This document shows, one piece after another, positions 1 through 8,313 of a stretch of DNA of 64,000 nucleotides. A program made the translations under genes and the position numbers. The first letter of the stretch is position 1; every line of letters starts with the position of its first letter. Source of the DNA: a candidate division WOR-3 bacterium (GTDB taxonomy: Bacteria; Hydrothermota; Tepidihabitantia; Tepidihabitantales; Tepidihabitantaceae); assembly GCA_965649295.1 (NCBI GenBank), contig CBFGKH010000005.1:32001-96000 (forward strand), written 5' to 3'. A model generated the notes under the pieces. It did not search any database and was not told the DNA's origin. It saw only the letters and a list, made by a program, of their open reading frames with translations.

Positions 1-432
1 GGTTAGCGGCGTCGCATCGGAAATTGAGAACGGAACCTGAAGCAGTTTAGCCAGTGTCTCAGCAATCAGGGTCTTGCCTGTGCCGGTCGGGCCGATGAGC
101 AAGATGTTGCTTTTGTCAACTTCGACGCCGCCGGCACGGGCAACAAGCCGTTTGTAGTGATTATAGACGGCAACCGCGATTACTCGTTTGGCGTGGTCTT
201 GCCCGATGACATATTCATCGAGGAAGCTCTTGATGTCGGCCGGCCGCGGTATCTTTCGCGGCGGTTCAGGTGCGGCTGTCTGTCGTCCTTCGCAAAAGAC
301 GCTGACTGCGGTCTGGGCGCAACGTTCGCAGATGCGGCCGGTGCGGCCCTGGACAAGACGACGACCAGGCCCGGCTTCCAGTCCGCAGAAGGAGCATCGA
401 CTAGGGCGCGGTCGCTTTGGGGTTTCTCTCAC
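1..432 (-). CDS. clpX: ATP-dependent Clp protease ATP-binding subunit ClpX (N-terminal part, runs off window)
   Basis: Manual translation, not in ORF track. GTG at 432 overlaps the clpP stop. Contains CSFCG...CERC zinc finger, [22 protein letters not shown] and [15 protein letters not shown]alker A. Confidence 0.96.
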   Translation of the reverse strand, partial: MRETPKRPRPSRCSFCGLEAGPGRRLVQGRTGRICERCAQTAVSVFCEGRQTAAPEPPRKIPRPADIKSFLDEYVIGQDHAKRVIAVAVYNHYKRLVARAGGVEVDKSNILLIGPTGTGKTLIAETLAKLLQVPFSISDATPLT

Positions 433-1013
433 CGTCGCTTCTCGATGACTTCGTCAATCAGTCCGTATTCCTTTGCCTCCTGAGCCGACATGAAGAAGTT
501 GCGGTCCGAATCGGCGACAATCCGTTCGAGCGGCTGACCGGTATGTCGGGCAAGGATTTTCGACAGCTCATCTTTCAATTTGACTATCTCGCGGGCGTGG
601 ATGGCAATGTCAGTAGCCTGACCACCAATACCGTGGGCGGAAGGCTGGTGAATCATGATGCGGGCGTTGGGAAGCGCAAAACGCTTGCCGGGCTCACCGG
701 CTGCCAGCAACAGGGCGGCGATTGAGGCTGCTTCGCCGATGCAGGTTGTCGAGACCTTGCACTTGATGTAGCGCATCGTGTCGTAGATTGCGAGACCCGA
801 CGAGACGATGCCTCCGGGTGAGTTGATGTAGAGGTTGATGTCCTTTTCAGCGTCCTCGGCCTCCAGAAACAGCAGTTGGGCAACAACTAGATTGGCAACT
901 GTGTCGTCAACCGGTGAGCCGAGAAAGATGATACGTTCCTTGAGCAGACGGGAGTAGATGTCATAGGCGCGTTCACCGCGGCCCGTTTGTTCTATTACCA
1001 TTGGAATCAGCAC
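429..1013 (-). CDS. clpP: Clp protease proteolytic subunit
   Basis: [29 protein letters not shown], catalytic S (AASI) and H (MIHQP). Start moved to GTG 1013, which follows GGAGG. Confidence 0.97.
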   Translation of the reverse strand: MLIPMVIEQTGRGERAYDIYSRLLKERIIFLGSPVDDTVANLVVAQLLFLEAEDAEKDINLYINSPGGIVSSGLAIYDTMRYIKCKVSTTCIGEAASIAALLLAAGEPGKRFALPNARIMIHQPSAHGIGGQATDIAIHAREIVKLKDELSKILARHTGQPLERIVADSDRNFFMSAQEAKEYGLIDEVIEKRR

Positions 1014-1044
1014 TGGTACCTCCGTAGCTTCTTGGCCGATAGCT

Positions 1045-2259
1045 CTATTCAATTCTTGCTCTGTCGCGGATGAACCGCAAGACTTTCTCACGCAGGAGTT
1101 GGTTACGATAGACCGGGTTGTCAATCAATCGGGCAATCTCTTCGACTGTGGTCTTACTCTGTTCGGCGAGAGCTTGAATCGCCGAGTTAATCTCTTCATC
1201 GCTGATAGAGATGTTTTCTTTGTCAGCGATTCTGGCAACCACACAGTCGAACTTTGCCCACTTGGTAGCAACCGGCAGCAAGCGTTGTCTGGTCTCGGAG
1301 TCGTCGGGGAGGTCGTACTGACGGGTGAGCCGCTCGAGCGCTGCCTTCACCCACGTCTCGGGCGGCTCAAACTGGTGCTCGCTTGTCAAGTATTCGAATA
1401 TCTGGTTCTTAAGACCGTTTTCACTCAACCGCTCGCGATCGGCCAGTATCTCTTCATTGATATCGATGCGCAAGGCATCCAGGCTCTCAAAGCCGAGGTC
1501 GTGAGCGAGCTCCTCCGAGACATCTGGTAGATGCCGTTCTTTGACATCCCGCACCCGAAAACGGTAGGTCACAGTCTTGCCGGCAAGGTTCTTGTCAGAA
1601 TAGTCCGAGGGATAACTGACGTCAGCCGAACGTTCGTCGCCGGCCTTTGCACCGGTGAGTGCACGGTTGACTTCGTCGGCAGCAAGCTTGTCGCCGACTT
1701 CAAGCATGACGTTCTTGCGTTCCTCGCCGACGACGCTGTCACCGATTGTCGTCAGGTAGTCAACGACAACGAAGTCGCCGACCTGAGCAGCACGCTGGAC
1801 AGTGTGGAATGTGGCGCATTTCTCTCGCAAGGTTTGAAGGCGTCTTTCGAACTCAGCATCAAAGCCGGCTGGCTCTTCGCGGCGCAGTGCGATGCCAACG
1901 TATGGCCGAAGTTCGAAATCGGGAATGACCTCAAGCGAGATGCGGAATCGAATCGCCTTGTCCTGAGTCACCTCGAGACTCGTGATTCGTGGTGGAGCGG
2001 CAATGTGGAACTCGGATTCTGAGACAAGTTCGTGCACGGCTGCCTCGACAAGTTCTTCCACTGCCGACGATTCCATTTCTGGCCCTAGGCGTTTCTCTAG
2101 TACGTGCCGCGGCACCTTACCTGGTCGGAATCCGGGCAGAGAGATACGGTCTTTGTACTGGTCGAAGACATTATTGACCTTCGCTTTCAATTGGTCTGGT
2201 TCGATTTCGACTTCGATTTCGCGCAGCCATTCGCTGGGTGCGGTGATTGTCTTCTGCAA
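1045..2259 (-). CDS. tig: Trigger factor
   Basis: [10 protein letters not shown] ribosome-binding motif, FKBP-like middle region, tig-clpP-clpX order, GGAGG before TTG. Confidence 0.96.
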   Translation of the reverse strand: MQKTITAPSEWLREIEVEIEPDQLKAKVNNVFDQYKDRISLPGFRPGKVPRHVLEKRLGPEMESSAVEELVEAAVHELVSESEFHIAAPPRITSLEVTQDKAIRFRISLEVIPDFELRPYVGIALRREEPAGFDAEFERRLQTLREKCATFHTVQRAAQVGDFVVVDYLTTIGDSVVGEERKNVMLEVGDKLAADEVNRALTGAKAGDERSADVSYPSDYSDKNLAGKTVTYRFRVRDVKERHLPDVSEELAHDLGFESLDALRIDINEEILADRERLSENGLKNQIFEYLTSEHQFEPPETWVKAALERLTRQYDLPDDSETRQRLLPVATKWAKFDCVVARIADKENISISDEEINSAIQALAEQSKTTVEEIARLIDNPVYRNQLLREKVLRFIRDRARIE

Positions 2260-2310
2260 GAAGTATTCCTCCGAATTCGCTTACTGCTGGGGTCAGCGAC
2301 TTTCTATCAG

Positions 2311-2392
2311 TGCGAGGAGGGGGAGTTGAACCCCCACCCGGTTAAGGACTGGATCCTAAGTCCAGCGCGTCTGCCAGTTCCGCCACCCTCGC
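2311..2392 (-). tRNA. tRNA-Leu(TAG)
   Basis: GCGAGGGTGGCGGAACTGGCAGACGCGCTGGACTTAGGATCCAG...GGGGGTTCAACTCCCCCTCCTCGCA. Long variable arm; CCA not encoded. Confidence 0.96.
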
Positions 2393-2399
2393 ATCTCTT

Positions 2400-2457
2400 T
2401 GGTCCCTGACCGGCGCTAGTGAACCGCTAGTAACGTTACAAGTCACCCGATCAGGGC
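2400..2457 (-). ncRNA. Candidate D-armless tRNA-like structure in the tRNA-Leu leader
   Basis: 10-bp closing stem CCCTGATCGG/CCGGTCAGGG followed by ACCA; 5-bp stem with 7-nt loop TTGTAAC; short hairpin with a GGTTCA-containing loop. Confidence 0.4.
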
Positions 2458-2473
2458 AGCTAGTAGACGGCTG

Positions 2474-2501
2474 AGTATATCGTTCCTGTAGCGAGAGTCA
2501 A
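2474..2501 (-). promoter_or_regulatory. sigma70-type promoter for tRNA-Leu/tig-clpPX
   Basis: TTGACT-N16-TATACT. Confidence 0.7.
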
Positions 2502-2577
2502 CTTGATGGCTAGCCAGGATTGGTATCGAGGCTGCCCTTGCGGACAAAAAGGTGATGTTGATTTGCCGAGGTTGTCA

Positions 2578-3021
2578 TCACGGCTCTCCATTACTGGATT
2601 CAGCCGGTGCGGGTTGGGGAGTGACTGTCACTAAGTCACGTAGTGCCGCGTAGCGTTTCGGCCCAATGCCGCTCACCTGCTGCAGTTGTGCAATGGCGGT
2701 GAAGCCACCAAGCTGGTCTCTTAGTATGAGGATTCGTCTTGCCAGTGTTGGGCCAATGCCGGGTAAGGCCTCAAGTTGGGCAACGGTGGCGGTGTTGAGG
2801 TTGAGTGGCGCGGCAGTGGGAACTGCTACTGCCGGCTTATCGGCACGAGCAACTACAATTTGACAGGCTGATGAGAGACGAACCAAGCGCCAGCGTTGCA
2901 GGTAGGCAAGACCGGCCCCTACAACCAGGGCGGCGATGATGAAACCGGCAGCTACCTGTTCGCGACGGTTGAGAATGTTGGGCCACTCACGGATTCCTGC
3001 TAACTTGATTCGGACTGCCAC
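2578..3021 (-). CDS. comEA: ComEA-family helix-hairpin-helix DNA-binding protein
   Basis: N-terminal TM helix; LNLNTATVAQLEALPGIGPTLARRI and VSGIGPK HhH motifs. Confidence 0.9.
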   Translation of the reverse strand: MAVRIKLAGIREWPNILNRREQVAAGFIIAALVVGAGLAYLQRWRLVRLSSACQIVVARADKPAVAVPTAAPLNLNTATVAQLEALPGIGPTLARRILILRDQLGGFTAIAQLQQVSGIGPKRYAALRDLVTVTPQPAPAESSNGEP

Positions 3022-3027
3022 GCTTCG

Positions 3028-3055
3028 ATGCTATTTGTCCTGCGCAGAGTGTCAA
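3028..3055 (-). promoter_or_regulatory. Promoter giving probable leaderless comEA mRNA
   Basis: TTGACA-N16-TAGCAT-N6-GTG start. Confidence 0.65.
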
Positions 3056-3084
3056 GGTCAGCGAGTTCTTTGGAGCCATAGAGA

Positions 3085-3114
3085 CTGCGAGAGGCGCGTA
3101 GGCGCCTCTCGCAG
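3085..3114 (-). terminator. Hairpin terminator after the acyl-CoA dehydrogenase operon
   Basis: Perfect 13-bp stem CTGCGAGAGGCGC / GCGCCTCTCGCAG with 4-nt loop, just downstream of the stop at 3132. Confidence 0.75.
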
Positions 3115-3131
3115 ACTAGTTCAGGAACTGG

Positions 3132-4274
3132 CTAGCCAAGCAAAGTGCGAGCGATGACGATCTTCTGGACTTCGGAAGTTCCTTCGTAGATTTCCATGCA
3201 CTTGGCGTCACGATAGTATCGTTCGACTGGGTAGTCCTTAGTATATCCGTAGCCACCGTAGATTTGTACTGCCTCGCGGGTGACGAAGACCGCCGTCTCA
3301 GCAGCGAATAGTTTAGCCATAGCTGATTCCTGGTTGAACCTCGGCTTGCCCGAGTCCTTCTGGTGAGCAGCATAATACACGAGCATGCGGGCAGCAGTAA
3401 TGCGCATGGCCATCTCGGCAAGCTTAGCTTGAATCATCTCGAACTCACAGATCGGTCTGCCAAATTGCTTTCGCTCTTTGGCGTAGGCGATGGCCTTGTC
3501 AAGAGCGGATTGAGCGATACCGACTGCCTGGGCACCGATGTCAATGCGGGAGACATCGAGGGTGCCGAAAGCAACCTTGATGCCCTCGCCAACTCGGCCC
3601 AGTACGTTCTCAGTTGGCACCTCGCAGTCATCGAACATGAGTTCGCAGTTGGCGGTGCCGCGGAGCCCAAGCAGGTTCTCGTGTTTGCCGAGGGAGAAAC
3701 CCTTGAACCCGCGCTCAACGATAAAGGCGGTGATGCCCTTGCTGCCGGCTGTTGGATCGGTCTTGGCAAAAACAATATAGACACCGGCAACACCACCGTT
3801 AGTGATGAAACGTTTGCAGCCGTTCAGCACATAGTGGTTGCCTTTCAGTACAGCAGTTGTCTCCATCGCTACTGGGTCAGAACCGGCATTGGGCTCGGTC
3901 AATCCAAACGCGCCGAGCAGTTCGCCGGTGGCCATCTTCGGCAGATACTTCTGCTTCTGTGCGTCGGTGCCCCAGTTCACGATTGGCCAGCACGCCAGTG
4001 AATTGTGAACAGCCGTGATGACACCGGTCGATCCGCAACCCCGCGATATCTCCTCGATAGCAATAGCCAGCGAAAGAAAGTCGAAACCAGCACCGCCGTA
4101 TTGCTCAGGAATGGTCATTGAGAGGAGACCGAGTTCGGCCATCTTCTTGATGGCTTCGTGGGGGAACTCACCTTTTTCATCAACCTCGGCTGCCTTCGGC
4201 TCAAGTTCCTTCTGGGCGAACTCGCGGGCCATGTTGCGGACCATCAACTGATCATTTGACAGACTCAAGTCCAT
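3132..4274 (-). CDS. Acyl-CoA dehydrogenase (butyryl-CoA dehydrogenase-like)
   Basis: GAFGLTEPNAGSD, KRFITNG, ERKQFG, QIYGGYGY, IYEGTSEVQK. Confidence 0.95.
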   Translation of the reverse strand: MDLSLSNDQLMVRNMAREFAQKELEPKAAEVDEKGEFPHEAIKKMAELGLLSMTIPEQYGGAGFDFLSLAIAIEEISRGCGSTGVITAVHNSLACWPIVNWGTDAQKQKYLPKMATGELLGAFGLTEPNAGSDPVAMETTAVLKGNHYVLNGCKRFITNGGVAGVYIVFAKTDPTAGSKGITAFIVERGFKGFSLGKHENLLGLRGTANCELMFDDCEVPTENVLGRVGEGIKVAFGTLDVSRIDIGAQAVGIAQSALDKAIAYAKERKQFGRPICEFEMIQAKLAEMAMRITAARMLVYYAAHQKDSGKPRFNQESAMAKLFAAETAVFVTREAVQIYGGYGYTKDYPVERYYRDAKCMEIYEGTSEVQKIVIARTLLG

Positions 4275-4307
4275 CTATCGCTCCTTTGGTGGTAAATGGT
4301 CATTGGT

Positions 4308-5444
4308 CTAGGGCTGCGTCTGGGCCAACGCATCCTTGATGACTTCTTTGGCAATGATCATACGCATTACTTCTGATGTGCCTTCGCCAATTTCACCGAG
4401 TTTGGCATCACGATAGACACGGGCGACCGGCAGACGGTCGGTGATGGCGAGCGGACCGATGGTATCGATAGCTGTCCCGGCTGCCCACACGGCAACCTCA
4501 GAGGCAAAGAGTTTGGCGAAGGCACATTCTTTGTCGCAACGGATGTTCGCGTCCTTCATGACTGCCGCATGATAGACGAGCTGGCGGGCAGCCTCGACCT
4601 GAGTGGCGACATCGGAGATTGCCTTAGACTGGAGCTGAGTTAGCTCACGCCGTTTGAACCAGTCAACCAGCGTGTCAAGGGCAGTCTGAGCCATCCCAAC
4701 GCAGAAGGCACCTATCGAGATTCGACCACCGTCGAGCGTTTCCATGAAAATGCGATAGCCATCGAGTTCTCGGCCGAGCACCGCATCCAGCGGCACAAGC
4801 ATGTCGTTGAAAGCGAGTTCGACCGTGTTCGAACCCTTCAGACCTAGTTTCTTCTCGTGCGAGGCGACGATGAATCCGGGGGTTTTGGTTTCGACAATCA
4901 GGCAGGTTATGCCCTTGCGGCCGAGTTTGCGGTCTTGGGATGCGGCAACAATAACAGTCCCGGCGTAGGCAGCCGATGTGATGAAGCGCTTGGATCCGTT
5001 GACGACGAAGCCTTGTTCGGTCTTGGTTGCAGTCGTCTCGATGCCGGCAGCGTCGGAACCAGCATTGGGTTCGGTCAGTCCGAAAGCTCCGAGGTACTCG
5101 CCGCGGGCAAGCGGCGGGATGTATTTCGCCTTCTGTCGCTCGGTTCCAAACTTGTAGATTGGGTAGGTTCCCAGCGAGGTGTGGGCCGCCATCGTCAGGC
5201 CGGTCGAAGCGCAAACTCGTGATACTTCCTCGACGCCGATGGCATAGGAGACATAGTCGAGGCCAAGCCCACCGAGTTCGCGAGGCCAGGGTATGCCAAG
5301 ATAACCGGCTTGGGCGAGCGCCTTGACGTTGGCTTCGACAAAAGTGCCTTCGCTGTCACAGCTACTGGCATTAGGGGCGATTACCTTGGCGGCAAAGTCG
5401 CGAATGGCACTCTGAAAGGCCCTTTGCTTTTCCGAGAGCAGCAA
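4308..5444 (-). CDS. Acyl-CoA dehydrogenase (second, more divergent paralog)
   Basis: GAFGLTEPNAGSD, LDGGRISIGA, YRDAKLGEIGEGTSEV. Confidence 0.93.
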   Translation of the reverse strand: MLLSEKQRAFQSAIRDFAAKVIAPNASSCDSEGTFVEANVKALAQAGYLGIPWPRELGGLGLDYVSYAIGVEEVSRVCASTGLTMAAHTSLGTYPIYKFGTERQKAKYIPPLARGEYLGAFGLTEPNAGSDAAGIETTATKTEQGFVVNGSKRFITSAAYAGTVIVAASQDRKLGRKGITCLIVETKTPGFIVASHEKKLGLKGSNTVELAFNDMLVPLDAVLGRELDGYRIFMETLDGGRISIGAFCVGMAQTALDTLVDWFKRRELTQLQSKAISDVATQVEAARQLVYHAAVMKDANIRCDKECAFAKLFASEVAVWAAGTAIDTIGPLAITDRLPVARVYRDAKLGEIGEGTSEVMRMIIAKEVIKDALAQTQP

Positions 5445-5453
5445 CGCGACCTC

Positions 5454-6218
5454 CTAGATGTAGTAACGGTCACGGTCAACTTCGTCGCGGAGCAGCCGGA
5501 GCTGTTCGTCGCTCGGTTCTGGGTTAACCACGACCTTGTCGGCGATCAGTAGCTCAAAACCAGTATTCTTGACAACATCCTCGACGGAAACACCGGGGTG
5601 AACACCGATTAGGCGCATTCGTTTCGTCACCGGCTCAAAGTCCATCAATCCGAGATTGGTGACGACACGATACGGGCCGGTGTCGGGAGGTAGTCCGGCA
5701 GCCTCGCGGCTACCCGGGCCGGTCAGGTAGCCTGGAGTCGTAACAAAATCCACCTTGGGCACAAATGAGCGCACATCGTGTTTACGCATTATCACGATGG
5801 TCTTCCAGCAGAACGAGCCGACCTCGTTGGCTCCGCCTGATCCCGGTAGTCGCACCTTTGGTGGCCAGTAGTTACCAATGACAGTTGTGTTGAGATTGCC
5901 GTACGTGTCAATTTGAGCACCGCCTAAAAATCCATATTCGACAAAGCCGCGTGCGGCAGTCTCCATGATATCGGCGATGCCGGATGCGGCGACTGCTTTG
6001 TGGAAGGTTCGAGAGTCCGCAACGGCCAAAGGTAGTTTCTCCAGCGACGCGCCGGTGCCGCCGAACTCGAAGATAGGAACGAGGTTAGGTGCATGCGTAC
6101 GCTTTGCCAGCGCCGCGGCGAGCATCGGGATGCCAGTGCCAACAAAGGCGGTTGTCCCGTCTTCCATCAGGCTTGACGCAAGGCAGATGAGAAACTCTGT
6201 CTCGTTGTAGCGTGCCAT
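5454..6218 (-). CDS. Family I CoA-transferase subunit B (glutaconate/3-oxoadipate CoA-transferase-like)
   Basis: FVGTGIP, PNLVPIFEFG (catalytic Glu position), FLGGAQIDTYGNLN, RLPGSGGA. Confidence 0.9.
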   Translation of the reverse strand: MARYNETEFLICLASSLMEDGTTAFVGTGIPMLAAALAKRTHAPNLVPIFEFGGTGASLEKLPLAVADSRTFHKAVAASGIADIMETAARGFVEYGFLGGAQIDTYGNLNTTVIGNYWPPKVRLPGSGGANEVGSFCWKTIVIMRKHDVRSFVPKVDFVTTPGYLTGPGSREAAGLPPDTGPYRVVTNLGLMDFEPVTKRMRLIGVHPGVSVEDVVKNTGFELLIADKVVVNPEPSDEQLRLLRDEVDRDRYYI

Positions 6219-7193
6219 TTATCTGCCTCCGATTTCCGATTCAAGTTGTCTCAGACGATCGATGCCGACGAGTTTGACGTACTCCTGGTGGTCACGGACA
6301 CCGTAGACCCACTTGTCGAGGTAGGCTCTTGTTTTGACCGGGTCGGCTGAGTCCTTTAGGTAGTTCTGCAGATGCTCGGCGTCACGCCAATAGCGGTAGC
6401 ACATTTCACCGGGGTGAGAGCCGTATTTGGCCTCGACTACAGCATCCACAAGATAGTAGGGGATAATCGTCTGTTCGGGATACTTTCTGATTTCTTCGGT
6501 TGTGACTATTTCCTCTGTGGAGATGACGAGGCGTTTGCAGGCGCGTGCCATCTCAAAGGCGAAACCAGTTATGCCCTCGATGCGCGCATTGCCATATCTG
6601 TCAGCCTGATGGACATGGATGAAACCGACGTCGGGAGAAAGCGCTGGGACCAGGCAGACCGGCTTGCCGGTCCACGGATCTTGAACAACTTTGGCAGCCG
6701 AATGGCGCAGAGTGTCAGTGCCGAGCATTGAGCGGATCGGAATGAAGGGTAGTCCCATTGCTGCCGCTTTGAAACGCCAGGTGATACCACCGTTCGACCA
6801 GTCGCAGGTCTTGACCTTGCCTGATTCGACGGCACGGCGTAGCGTAGCCGAGATACCATAGACCTCCCAGGCAATGTAGGTGATGTCGAGCGACGCGACG
6901 GTACCTTCGGCTGCTAGCAAGATGTCAATGTCGAACACACCCTGGCCGGCGACGCGGAGATTCTTCTTGCCCTGCCGAATCACTTCGCGCATTAGGGACA
7001 TCGGTGCTCGCACCGTCCCATAGAGTTCAGTGGCGAGGTAGTCACCGTCAGCCACAAAGCGGCTGACGGCTTCGTGCTCTGACATTAACTTGTCCACCAT
7101 CTTTGTGTTTTTCTGATGGTGGACGAAGTGGCGGAATCCGTCAGGATCGGGTGCGCTGAACAATTCACCTAGACCGGTGTCAATCACTTCCAT
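6219..7193 (-). CDS. Family I CoA-transferase subunit A (GctA-like)
   Basis: RAPMSLMREVIRQ, AAAMGLPFIP, PDVGFIHVHQADRYGN, VDAVVEAKYGSHP. Confidence 0.9.
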   Translation of the reverse strand: MEVIDTGLGELFSAPDPDGFRHFVHHQKNTKMVDKLMSEHEAVSRFVADGDYLATELYGTVRAPMSLMREVIRQGKKNLRVAGQGVFDIDILLAAEGTVASLDITYIAWEVYGISATLRRAVESGKVKTCDWSNGGITWRFKAAAMGLPFIPIRSMLGTDTLRHSAAKVVQDPWTGKPVCLVPALSPDVGFIHVHQADRYGNARIEGITGFAFEMARACKRLVISTEEIVTTEEIRKYPEQTIIPYYLVDAVVEAKYGSHPGEMCYRYWRDAEHLQNYLKDSADPVKTRAYLDKWVYGVRDHQEYVKLVGIDRLRQLESEIGGR

Positions 7194-7383
7194 ACTAATC
7201 GGCTCCTTGAGTCTATGTTAACACACTCTGCTCTTGCCAGCAGTGTGCAGATCCGTTCTATCGGTCATTCCGTGGTCATGACCAGCTCTAGGATACTAGG
7301 TGATGAGGCACAGAAGTCAACCTGCGCAGGGCAAAACTTAACGTCGGACTATTGGGGCAGGTCGAGAACTGTTGGGTGGCGAG

Positions 7384-7457
7384 TAGCGGGGGCTGGATTC
7401 GAACCAGCGACCTTGAGGTTATGAGCCTCACGAGCTTCCAGGCTGCTCCACCCCGCA
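7384..7457 (-). tRNA. Initiator tRNA-fMet(CAT)
   Basis: TGCGGGGTGGAGCAGCCTGGAAGCTCGTGAGGCTCATAACCTCAAGGTCGCTGGTTCGAATCCAGCCCCCGCTA. Unpaired 1:72 and A11-U24, as expected for an initiator. Confidence 0.93.
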
Positions 7458-7468
7458 ATTTGATGAGA

Positions 7469-7497
7469 AATTTACGCGAGATTCACCCAGAAGTCAA
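7469..7497 (-). promoter_or_regulatory. Promoter for tRNA-fMet
   Basis: TTGACT-N17-TAAATT. Confidence 0.7.
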
Positions 7498-7543
7498 GGC
7501 ATGATTGCCAGATGGTGCCTGCGGCAATAGCGGGCGCGACGGG

Positions 7544-7571
7544 TTGACCCTTGCCGGTCGGGACATATACT
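7544..7571 (+). promoter_or_regulatory. Promoter, probably leaderless, for the nucleotidyltransferase-polA-wecB operon
   Basis: TTGACC-N16-TATACT-N7-ATG. Confidence 0.65.
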
Positions 7572-7578
7572 CAGGACA

Positions 7579-8313
7579 ATGAAAGGCGTTGTGCTCTGCG
7601 GTGGCTTGGGGTTACGACTGCATCCGCTGACGAAGATAACCAACAAGCACCTGCTGCCGGTTTATGATCGGCCGATGGTTTACTACCCAATCATGCAATT
7701 GGTGGGTGCCGGTATTACTGATGTCATGATTGTCACCGGCGGCAATAGTGCCGGTGATTTCTTGCGGTTGCTCGAGAACGGCCGGGAGTTCGGCTTATCG
7801 CGGATTCATTACACCTACCAGGAAGGTGCAGGCGGAATTGCAGCGGCGTTGGCTCTGGCTGAAGAGTTCGTTGAGGGCGACCGAGTCGTCGCCATACTAG
7901 GCGACAACATCTACCAGTATCCCTTGGATCGCTATATTCGACGCTTTGAGCAGCAGCCGAGTGGTGCCCGGGTGCTGCTGGCTCGTGCAAGAGAGCCGTG
8001 GCGGTTCGGTGTTGCCACGATTAGGAACGGTCGAATTGTCCGCATCGTTGAGAAGCCGAAACGTCCTCGAAGCAGGCTGGTTGTCACTGGCTGCTATATG
8101 TACGATGCTCGGGTGTTTGACATCATCAGAACGCTGCGGCCGTCGTCCCGCAATGAACTTGAGATAACCGACGTGAACAGCACGTATCTGCGGTGGGGTG
8201 AGCTGCAGTTCGACATTCTTCGCGGTTGGTGGCGGGACGCCGGCTCGTCATTCGAAGCCTACTATGATGCAGCAAGACTGGTTCGCAGCCTGCGAACCAG
8301 CAGAAACAGGTGA
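7579..8313 (+). CDS. Sugar-phosphate nucleotidyltransferase (short RmlA/SpsI-like)
   Basis: GVVLCGGLGLRLHPLTKITNKHLLPVYDRPM, LGDN, IVEKP, RNELEITD. Confidence 0.92.
   Translation: MKGVVLCGGLGLRLHPLTKITNKHLLPVYDRPMVYYPIMQLVGAGITDVMIVTGGNSAGDFLRLLENGREFGLSRIHYTYQEGAGGIAAALALAEEFVEGDRVVAILGDNIYQYPLDRYIRRFEQQPSGARVLLARAREPWRFGVATIRNGRIVRIVEKPKRPRSRLVVTGCYMYDARVFDIIRTLRPSSRNELEITDVNSTYLRWGELQFDILRGWWRDAGSSFEAYYDAARLVRSLRTSRNR

Noticed and set aside
1014..1124. N-terminal extension of clpP in the ORF track (similarly wecB, greA, pdxJ, moxR, fbp and the ORFs starting 40145, 46207, 48036, 49211, 61292)
   Set aside because: The extensions overlap upstream genes or promoters. Better SD- or promoter-supported starts lie downstream.
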